From a virus: DNA of 64,000 bases. Positions 48,201 through 56,100 of the stretch are shown here, one piece after another (position 1 is the stretch's first letter; each line of letters opens with the position of its first letter). A model generated the notes under the pieces. The model saw only the letters and a program-made list of their open reading frames with translations, did not search any database and was not told the origin of the DNA. The position numbers were made by a program, and so were the translations under genes. The stretch spans positions 32,001 to 96,000 of the IMG/VR virus record IMGVR_UViG_3300010157_000040; one strand, 5' to 3'.

Positions 48201-51200
48201 CTAAAGTAGGTAGTGTAACTTCTAATGGTAAAGCAGATCAAATATATGATGCTAACTCTGACGAAAAGATTTTAAAAACAGATATTAAATTTACTCCAAA
48301 TACTATTTATGTTGATTATTTAAAAAATGTAACTGCTGTTCCATCTAAATTTAAAAACAAAACAGTTTTTTCAACACAGTTGAGAAAATTAATTCTTAGT
48401 AATTTATATGAAAATGGTAAAATCATTAATTCTGATAATACAAAAGCAATAAAAGAATATGAAGCTGCAGTAGATCATCATAGTAATTTATTAAAATTAG
48501 AATTACTTAATGAAATAGGATACGAGCATGATGTAAAGAATAATAAATATTATGGTAATGTAGATAAATTTTTAGATGTGGTTCAAGCTGAACTTGAAAA
48601 AAGAGATTTACCAGAACATTTAATTCAAATGGTTGGTCTTACTAGAGACAAGTCTTTAAGAACAGATTTATCATTACATTTAAAAGCAGATGAGATAGAA
48701 AAAATTCTTGTTGCTTTAGTTGAAAAAAGATTAATTAAACAAAAAGTTAAAGGTGAAGCATTAGTTCAGGTATCCAGTGCAATGACTAATGGTATATGGG
48801 ATCAAAAAACTAAATTTAAAAATGCTACAGTAGCTGATGTTAAAAAATTCATGGGTAGTAATAACTTACCTTTCTATCATCAAGATGCATCTGGTAATAC
48901 ATTAGCTATGAAAGTTGCTATTGCTTTACAAGGTGACTTTGTTAACTTACTTAAACTTAATCATTTAGATGGTCAACCTATAGGTACAAGAGCTAGATTA
49001 AATGATATGATTAAAGAAGACAAGTGGTTAGACTTAAATGATAATAGAAAGTCTGTTACTTTATCTGCTGTAAGAATACCAGTACAAGGATTAAACTCTA
49101 TGGAGTTTATGGAAGTATATGAATTTTTAGATCCAGCTGCAGGAAATATTATTATTCCTCCATCTGAAATTGTTGCTAAATCAGGAGCTGACTTTGATGT
49201 TGATAAGTTAACTACATTTATGCCACACATAGATTACAAAGGTAATTATGTGAAAGGTCAATTAAGTAATGAGGAGTTACTTAAAAAAGTTAATAAACTT
49301 AATGAAACTCCAGAAGGTAAAAAACTTGCAACTAATTTAATTAAGTCTCAAAAATCCGCATCTGAAAATAATTTAATAGCAACAATCAGAGGTATACTTG
49401 AACTAAAAGATAATTTTGCTAGTTTAATTAGACCAAATGATACATATTTATTAAAAGAAATAGCCGATGAGTTACAAGATCATGTAACAGATTACAATAG
49501 ATTTGGAAATGTACATAATGAAAATAGAACAGGACTTAAAAATCAAAAAGTTATTAGTCCTACTAGAGTATTAGAAGCAGGTTATAATTTACATAAACAT
49601 GAAGCCAACATGGTTGGTAAGAGAGTGTTAGGTATTATTGCTGTAGAAAATGCATTACATCCTATCTTTAATGCTATTGGTGCAGCAATGCCTAAAACAT
49701 ATAAAGAGTCAAGTTATGTAGGTAACAAGTATATTGATGGTAAAATTGACTATGATACTAGAATACTACTACCTACAAATATGACAAAGGATGGTAGAAT
49801 TTCATTGTCTGGAACTGAAACTTCTGATGGTATGGATAACATAGGAGAATTATTTTCTCAAATGTTAAATGGTGCTGTGGATGTTGAAAAAGATGCATGG
49901 ATATTCTTTATTCAAGGTAACTATGAATTAATTCCAATGCTTACATTTTTGTTTAAAGCAGGTGTACCTAAAGAACAAGCAATTATGTTTGTATCACAAC
50001 CACTTGTTAGAGAATATGCAAAACAACAAAGAGAAGTAAAGAGTGCATATGCTACACTTACTGGTGTTGTACCTGAAGATTATAATCCAATGTTTGCTAA
50101 ATATACAGCAGCACAAAATACATTAGAAGGTAAGAATCTTAACAGTGTAATTAATAAAGCTACTGCATTAAAAGTTAAAGATGTTTTAAGTTTACAAGGT
50201 GATACAGAAATAAAGTTTGCAGAAAATAAAGTATATAAAACTAAAAAAGCAAGTACTATACTAAAAGAAATTAAAGATGGTACTATAGATCCAACAAAAA
50301 TTACCTATATGGTAAATAATGAAACTGGTGAAAAAATATTCAAACCAATTGGAAAACATCCTGTATCTAATGCAAACTTTTATTATACAGCTAAAGCAGC
50401 AACAGAAAATAAAAAAGAATTTTCATTAGAAGAATTAAAGCAAAATGTAGTTGATAATGATAGTACTTCACCACAAGCAATTGCAGCTTTCTTACATTTA
50501 TTAGAAATTGAAAAGTCATCAAAAGGATTCAGTGTATTAAAAATGCAAGCAAATCCGGATACTAAAACATCTAAGACAATTCAAGAAATAATTAAAAGAA
50601 ACTTATCACTTGAAGATATTAAAGAATTATCAAAATTAGAACCAGGATTAGTAGACAAATTACAAAAGTCAATACTAGGTACTTTCTTTGATAACAAACT
50701 AATTAAAGATTTAGTAGTACCAGTATTCCAATTAAGAAATAATGATGTTGTTACTTCAACTATTTTAAAATTACTAGATAAAAACTCAAATTCAATAGCA
50801 GAAAAGTTTGGTAAAGGTCAAGATGGTGCTAGTCAGTTTATTACACAGTTTAAAAATGCAATTCCTAATTACATTTATCAAAACTATATGTCTCACTTTA
50901 TTGATAAAGCAGGTAATTTAACTGATACTCCAACTGAATTTAATGAACTTACCGTAAAAAATGTAGCGGGAACTACTAATGGAGCAAAAGTAGTAGGTAA
51001 TAATATATATGTAGATACGGAAAGACTAAGAAATGAATTTGAAAATAAACTGTACACAAGAGAAAGTACACTTGAAGGTAACTATAAAGAATCTGGATTA
51101 AGAGGATTTAAACTTCAAGATGATATGTTCCCTAACTTATCTTCTTATGTAAGATATGTATATGAAAGAGAATATCAAAGACATTTATATCCAATTGATT

Positions 51201-53092
51201 CTTTAAAAACTAATAAAGATTATTTAAAGTTTAAATCAGATTTTAAATCTGCAGGTGTAGATGAAAGTAAATTAACTGATGTAGCATATGAAGCATATCT
51301 AAATCAAAGAGCATTAATAAATGCATTTAATAGAGAAGCAATTATGGGTATGGAAGATTATTCATATACTGATATGGTTTTAAATATGGTAGAAGAATTT
51401 TCTAACTTAAAACATAAGTATCCAATTGTTAATCAATTCACTAAACCTAAAGTTGTTACAAGAAATATACACGGTCAGGTACTTAAAGAAAATTATGTTT
51501 TAACATTAAATGATGTTAAAGAATTAAAAGATGGTCAACTTGCAGAAGTATATTACCAAAATATAAAAGATCTTGGAGATGAAACTGTAAAGAAAGTATC
51601 TAATATAGAAGATAATAAAAGAATTAGTAAATTATTTAGTCTGTTGCCTATGATGATGATATATCAACATGGTTTAGGATATAGTAAATATGGATTTAAT
51701 GAAGCATTACCATATAATGATTTTATAGGTGTAATGCAAACAGCAGCAGATATTTATGAAGATAAAATTCTTAATGAACAATCTTTATATTCTATTTATA
51801 ATTTACTAATGAATGAGAATAATGCAAACTTTAAAGATTATGTTGCACCAAGAGCTAAAGATTATAAAAATCCAGTTGCTAGTGAATTCTCAAATCCTGT
51901 AGTAACAACTGTTGAAGAATTAGATGATAGCATGAGAGCATTATTAATGAAAAATGCTGTTCCTGTAGTACAACCATCTACTAATGTTGAATATAATTAT
52001 AATCCATCAAATGTATCTGAGCAAACAAGAGATGATTATAAACAATATGTATTAAAACAACTTGGAAAACCTGAAATTAAAGCTAAAGCAAATGCATTTG
52101 ATTTTATATATCCAGATTTAACAATTACAATATCTAAAGATGGTTCTCTTAGTTACACAAATGTTAATCAAAAAATTGTAGATTTATCTAAAACAGATTC
52201 TGGATATGATCTTAAATTTATGGTTGGTTTAAATAAATTAGCTGAAGAGTTTACTCAACCATCTGCTAGTGTTGAAACAGAAGTAGTAATTCCAGGTGTT
52301 GAAATTAAAAGAAATGTTATAACTAAAGAAGAACAACTTGAGTTATTTAATATTCTTAAACCTTATATTGAAAAACAAGGAGCCACAACCAATAAAGCTA
52401 CTAGTGCAAATGTAATGATTGGATTAGGTTTAAGATGGGATTATAAATCAAATAATCCTAATTATAAAGCTATTGAAATAAAAAATATTATTGTACCTGG
52501 AAGTAGTGCTAAGTATGGTTATTATGAAGTATCTATTAATGGTCAACCATTAGGTCCTATTAATCCTAGAATTAAAACATTAATGTCTAAAGCTACTGGT
52601 ATAGATGCTACTGATTATGATGGGGCTATAATAAATCTTTATACAGATAAAACTTTTATAAGTGCTCATAATGATGTAGATGAAGCTGCTGATGCTATTG
52701 GATATCCTGTACTTGTTTTAAATATAGGTGGAAGTGGCAATTTTAGTGTACAACAAACTGGAAAATATGAACCTACTCCTCTTAATTCTGGAGACTCATA
52801 TATTTTTGGAATAAATGGAGAAAACAGAAAAGTAATGCATAGAACTTTTCCTTCTAAACAAGATGGATTTTTACCTGCAATAACTACAGCAATAGATGGA
52901 GAAACTTATTCAAAAGGAAGTTATAGATTATCTATTACTTTAAGAAGAGTAAAAAATCTAAAACCAGGAATGCCTACAGTACCAGCTAAAGTTGTTACTC
53001 AACCATCTACTAGTGAACCTACAGATATAGTTAAAACAATTAGTCCTAATGGTAAACCACCAATTGAAAGAACATCATCAGATTGTGAATAA
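42269..53092 (+). CDS. Virion-packaged single-chain RNA polymerase (crAss-type) with zincin and C-terminal AlkB domains
   Basis: 3607 aa. RIPVQG…GADFDVDKL catalytic DxDxD (49190-49204), EEGDGQG, HEAWH (44783-44797), and AlkB HND…H…RLSITLR. Confidence 0.9.
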   Translation: MKITCSLKQSQIEKLYANIYGHLLDSQNKGKTFDSKGYMINLFNKIATKGDVETAAKFLQQVPTLIGTASFRPSLEELGLPTDMLRPLIKSFKNEDAGLLNVVSYFNPTLNINVQQELIDQSEKNAFVVPENDSETVTKDLFDYLPYDSFSTTFQEFLTVDPDKAATNEQLDVNRKVIYATLKELKKTIGTTPNLGKLVYQNVTLKLVPQRLDTADTDELDKTTKRLQNRSEFLNRKGVAQPNVTKPNEIFLMIISNEIGEPVYFNDEGSITTKEEGGKQVYQFLRDARKKGDRYTVTDIYGKDNQILNAKELATLMDKNSKIKLSKEEFNNLVAELDKKQQEEFKQLYNFRQRLIKGEIPLINITDVSQGIKEYTNKEITLSNIRRYPFGTDHVFKTIQTIKTPRGQFKKGEATITIEGQEFKIDRPNLTDDLIKKIATVLTDKNLSKELRYRFYSQFLANKASLATRKHTLSYTPVTDELIFSYSKKTFQEGYDSKFTDVMLDSDTAYTEIYDALKLASGKNGNYFSAKMTYNKDLLNINGYQDYNLDTKELSEDFIPYIPLLETLPNTKVDASVTSNPRFFNSYMKFALPNEFTQQLEEAQNSSNDAEKDDFFETLSAPSDVENLMPSEKKKVIVDTLKSDKKIVGTITKPFGSDTKWKFITAKGTTIDFYSHTNNITDLDTVAQANLNLLPEVDFNGKVMTDVVEVRIGDKVIGYVRETDDFDKVNIVEPTKSQEEIDAEIEEKINPKNTSHPSEDSLFFTRSGDLTNNVTESEIKDAHTWWAKSDLTKHIGFKEAVNIVNSDAYARFMTYGARLNGTLGTIEIANKGSMVDVYHEAWHGFSQLYLTRKQKTSLYKEVRRKLGRNKKLSFFEIEEIIAEEFREYAKNPKPKPDSPVRNTIFRIILNFLREVFGKGSVTNVRDIKKVQELFDNLYLNKNLNKYTPTIDNVMFDLLYRNSGIVKPGTLTDQVLDRQDSNLIKDSMDSIISDLVDSDNGIKGNKSGTLAILLDSRNRDELYKLININLNKSLSHYKSTLEKLDDKDENKNTKEVLENRVRILQAAVDNYGNSKSGVIQYHIENSTFDLIKQKYTTLELDEEGNLFDPNNTDNTERYGDTKVGEKSLIQLAGKETLYILKSLHEVVDGKIKYNELGYKKLAPFRTTWNNTVRAISGLQDPQEMYDKLVEESKVSPEFKQLTENKLANPLNSKNPNEQKAITSFWQDFNKPRVPYIQFTIFKKTDENPKGSSEVTEASIETKTVINKFQNKFKADINSVYIKRIGKENIPTLDISEIVKDFSDANGNLDISKSYEFARAIGFYLDDIGIIKNTLKKDESTIQQFGLPYIFNAVKVLNRKDKLPVKSALVSKWISKFKTNPIKTLTEAIPVGVIGPDIFKQKNKVEALARLQGRYGVDSSNFGVFNAERNLVFEHIDNNSITKIVYALNNAEKLSDLWESDKFNYTKFLDPKINSFTNRSGILRSLFDMRDPKKSKLKDRDLELFMNSGTQVEQSAVGLNTTSLDVNSKMLQEMNTMLKGGVQEFMRHASKSSSFGARINGGIVGKPGKQGSDERLWVDIDMFAKNIAHDYAFTAHLLPYMESEAERIFKCNSNLDTFKNYVGYNRELSNGRIAGQEFTAFDNVLTDNTKELIYAAINKAIKNKELFNLGTFLKNNPTLLSTVKKETAFYFADQTRENLYKLTTSNYISPSLREKLNVFNITEDAQDKVLVDAYTYNAWIHNFETASLFYGDIVQYNHDKEEMHKRNTGATSGGRTFRTDISAQNFANGYLADTSYAKKHNATPISYNGTFNTAIIKDIERTSIYYPDFEKALREDYTKRFSKVLDKSKVAAAVEDRVAKEIKKYKDMEEGDGQGWITFDAYRLLKTNENSWSNAQEVLFQKINNNQPIEATEITEMFPVYKLQNFGHLANTDLLAPINAMHKFALMPLIPSMIEGTDLESLHQQMMSKNIQYLTFQTGSKVGSVTSNGKADQIYDANSDEKILKTDIKFTPNTIYVDYLKNVTAVPSKFKNKTVFSTQLRKLILSNLYENGKIINSDNTKAIKEYEAAVDHHSNLLKLELLNEIGYEHDVKNNKYYGNVDKFLDVVQAELEKRDLPEHLIQMVGLTRDKSLRTDLSLHLKADEIEKILVALVEKRLIKQKVKGEALVQVSSAMTNGIWDQKTKFKNATVADVKKFMGSNNLPFYHQDASGNTLAMKVAIALQGDFVNLLKLNHLDGQPIGTRARLNDMIKEDKWLDLNDNRKSVTLSAVRIPVQGLNSMEFMEVYEFLDPAAGNIIIPPSEIVAKSGADFDVDKLTTFMPHIDYKGNYVKGQLSNEELLKKVNKLNETPEGKKLATNLIKSQKSASENNLIATIRGILELKDNFASLIRPNDTYLLKEIADELQDHVTDYNRFGNVHNENRTGLKNQKVISPTRVLEAGYNLHKHEANMVGKRVLGIIAVENALHPIFNAIGAAMPKTYKESSYVGNKYIDGKIDYDTRILLPTNMTKDGRISLSGTETSDGMDNIGELFSQMLNGAVDVEKDAWIFFIQGNYELIPMLTFLFKAGVPKEQAIMFVSQPLVREYAKQQREVKSAYATLTGVVPEDYNPMFAKYTAAQNTLEGKNLNSVINKATALKVKDVLSLQGDTEIKFAENKVYKTKKASTILKEIKDGTIDPTKITYMVNNETGEKIFKPIGKHPVSNANFYYTAKAATENKKEFSLEELKQNVVDNDSTSPQAIAAFLHLLEIEKSSKGFSVLKMQANPDTKTSKTIQEIIKRNLSLEDIKELSKLEPGLVDKLQKSILGTFFDNKLIKDLVVPVFQLRNNDVVTSTILKLLDKNSNSIAEKFGKGQDGASQFITQFKNAIPNYIYQNYMSHFIDKAGNLTDTPTEFNELTVKNVAGTTNGAKVVGNNIYVDTERLRNEFENKLYTRESTLEGNYKESGLRGFKLQDDMFPNLSSYVRYVYEREYQRHLYPIDSLKTNKDYLKFKSDFKSAGVDESKLTDVAYEAYLNQRALINAFNREAIMGMEDYSYTDMVLNMVEEFSNLKHKYPIVNQFTKPKVVTRNIHGQVLKENYVLTLNDVKELKDGQLAEVYYQNIKDLGDETVKKVSNIEDNKRISKLFSLLPMMMIYQHGLGYSKYGFNEALPYNDFIGVMQTAADIYEDKILNEQSLYSIYNLLMNENNANFKDYVAPRAKDYKNPVASEFSNPVVTTVEELDDSMRALLMKNAVPVVQPSTNVEYNYNPSNVSEQTRDDYKQYVLKQLGKPEIKAKANAFDFIYPDLTITISKDGSLSYTNVNQKIVDLSKTDSGYDLKFMVGLNKLAEEFTQPSASVETEVVIPGVEIKRNVITKEEQLELFNILKPYIEKQGATTNKATSANVMIGLGLRWDYKSNNPNYKAIEIKNIIVPGSSAKYGYYEVSINGQPLGPINPRIKTLMSKATGIDATDYDGAIINLYTDKTFISAHNDVDEAADAIGYPVLVLNIGGSGNFSVQQTGKYEPTPLNSGDSYIFGINGENRKVMHRTFPSKQDGFLPAITTAIDGETYSKGSYRLSITLRRVKNLKPGMPTVPAKVVTQPSTSEPTDIVKTISPNGKPPIERTSSDCE
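51968..53017 (+). repeat. Three in-frame ~21-24 bp direct repeats encoding (T/V)QPS(T/A)(S/N)
   Basis: 51968 GTACAACCATCTACTAATGTTGAA; 52253 ACTCAACCATCTGCTAGTGTTGAA; 52997 ACTCAACCATCTACTAGTGAA. Confidence 0.85.
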
Positions 53093-53123
53093 AAATAAGT
53101 ACATTTATAATATAATTTAAGTT

Positions 53124-56100
53124 ATGCCTTGTCCTATTAAAATAAAAGAATTTTTAACTAATCAAGTTTTTGAAAAAGGTCAAGCAGGTCTTTTTATGAG
53201 AAAAGAACTTGCTGATAAATTAGCTGCAGATATTAATGCTGAGTATGATGCTAAAGTTATAAAATTTACTAAGTACTTTGATCACTTAGAAAGAGAAATT
53301 ACTATTCCTCAATCTTTAATTGATGAGTATTATGATGCAGAACTTCAAGAAGAAATTAAAGAAATGAAATCTGCAGAAAGAGAAGCAGAAGAACAACAAC
53401 TACAAGAAGATATAAGAGCAGGTAAAGTATTAGTAGAAAATCTTGATGTAGATACAGATAATAATGATTATAACTTTAATGAAAACTTTACTGAAGACTA
53501 TTACAAAACTAAAGTAATAGAAAATAGAGACTTACAAATTGCTCAAAAACTTGGTGAAAAATATGCTAAAGCATTTAATGTTTCATATTCTATAATTACA
53601 CCAGGAGAAGCAGCAATCTTATTAGAAGATAGTCCAACACCATTTACATCTGATGTATCTTCATTTTTTTATGATAATGCTATTTACTTTATAGAAGGTA
53701 AATTTACTGCAGCATCTGTATTACATGAATTTGCTCACCCATTAGTTAAAGGTATAGCATTTCAAAATCCAAAGTTATTTCAAAATTTGTTTTCACAGCT
53801 CACTAGTACTAATACTGGAATTGATGCATTAACAAAAGTAAAAGATAAGTATCCGGAACTTGATGAGGATTCAGATAGATTTAAAGAAGAAGCAATTGTT
53901 ACAGCCATGGAAATGGATGCTGCAATGGAAATTGAAAATGTTAAAAATAATGACAGTGCATTTGCTAAGTTTATACAAAACTTAATTTTTGCAATTAAAA
54001 AAGTTATTAAAGCTTTAACAGGAAATATTAATCTTAAAAACTTATCTACATCAACTACCAGAGATGAGTTAGTTAATATGATGCTTAATGAAGATTTTCA
54101 AATAGAAGATTTAAAATATCAGTTATCATTATTTGCTGAATTTAAAAAAGATACGGAAGATTATATTAAAGAACTTAAAGATACTACACCTAAAAAATTA
54201 GTTGAAGCAATTAATAAGTTTCATAATGAAATGACTTTCCAAATTGGTGTACTTAAAAATTCTCCTAAAAAACTTAGAGAAGAACTAAAAGGAAAAGAAG
54301 GATTAGATGTATTACGTAATATAAAAGATTATGTAAAAGGTTATAAAACTGCAGGAGAAGATTTAACTGAAGAAGAATTAGAAGAATTATTTAAAAATTT
54401 AGGTGAAGAACAAGATGACTTAAGAGTACGTTCACTTGCATTTATAAATAGTTTAACTGAGTTAGAAGTTTTTGCAAGAAGAGTACAAACTTTACTATCT
54501 GATATGAGAAAGTCAGATAAGTTTATGACTTATGATGGTAATGGTAAAATTCAATATTTTAAACAATTCATGGAGAGAGAAGTAAAATTCTTGAATGAAG
54601 TAAGAAGATCACTTGCATTAGATCCTTCTAATGAATTAGTTAAAAAAATATTAGCAATTAAAGCAGTTGTTGAAGATAATGTTGAAAATGCTAAAGAAAT
54701 GACATTTGAATTTGTTAAAGGGTTTTTTATGGAAAACAGTATAACAATGCAAAAAAATGTTAAAGAAAAATTAGAAGAAACAATTGATAGAGTTTTAAAA
54801 GCTGAAAAATTTACCCAGGATGACATTGATGTATTTAAAGATGATTTATTTAATAAGTTAGATATAGATAATATTAAAGGAATAAAACAATCAGATTTTT
54901 TATTACCAAGTATTCCTAAAGGAGCAAAATATATTTTATCAGAAATTGGTAATTATAATTCAAACAAAATTACTGAAGAAACAGTAGATAATTATTTAAG
55001 AGGTCATGTAAGAGATTTAGGTATGATGGGATCACTTGCAACTCCTATGGGTAATGTTAATGATATGTTTGGATCTTTTGTAAATTTTATGAAATCTAAA
55101 TTATCAAATGCTGAAGTTAAAAGTTTAGATAAACAATATAAGATAGCTGAAGAATTACAACCTTATTTAAATGCTGTTGGAATAAATCATAATGATACTA
55201 AAGCTATTGCAGATTTAGTATTATTTATTGATACTGTACCAGATACAGATGAACATGGAAATTTTATTGAAAAACAAATCTATGCATATCTTGATAAATT
55301 TCAAAACTGGAGAGCAGATAGAGGTAAGTTAGAATTTGATTTAGAAAAAGCTAGAACTTTAGGAAAGAAAGATGAAATAAAAGCAGCTATGCAAGCTCGG
55401 TGGGAGTTTGATGAAAAATACATGCAACGGAAGTATGTAGATGCTGTTTATGATGTTAAAAAGATGTGGAGACAAGATAATGTTTTATTAAATCCTGCAA
55501 CAGGAAAAGAAATAAAAATATCTGCAAGTACTTCTATTGAAGCATATATGGAAAGACAATCTGCATTAGATGATTTGGCAACATTTAATAGTTCAAACTT
55601 TACTGAATTAGATGATCTTAATGAATTTACTCCTTCAAAAGCTGCTAAAATTAAATATGATGAATTGTTTAACATGTTTAATTTAAACGGTGAATATAAA
55701 CAAGGTAAAGAATTAGAAAAAGTATTAATAAGAAGAGCATACAGAGAACAGTCTAGAAAATTTAATGAGAGCACTACTAATATTGATAAAGTACAAAAAG
55801 ATTTAGATCATTTTGTTAATGTAACTTTAGCTGGTATGGGTATAACTAAAGATTCTGATTCTGCAAAATATGAATCTGAGATTGCTAAGTTTACTAGTAA
55901 AAACTTTAAGATAGCATATACTAATGAATACTTTCAAGAAAGAAATGCAACATTAGATGCTATTAAAAAAATAAATGAAAAAACAAAAGGGTCAGATATT
56001 TCTAAACAGTTAGCTAATTTATATGAACAAAGATATAATTTAGTAAATAGAGTAACTGATAAAGATGGAGAACCTAATGGTTTAATGTTAGGTCAAGATC

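Noticed and set aside
51968-53017. TQPS repeats as a CRISPR mini-array
   Set aside because: The spacers are 285 and 744 bp, in frame and protein-coding; there are no cas genes.
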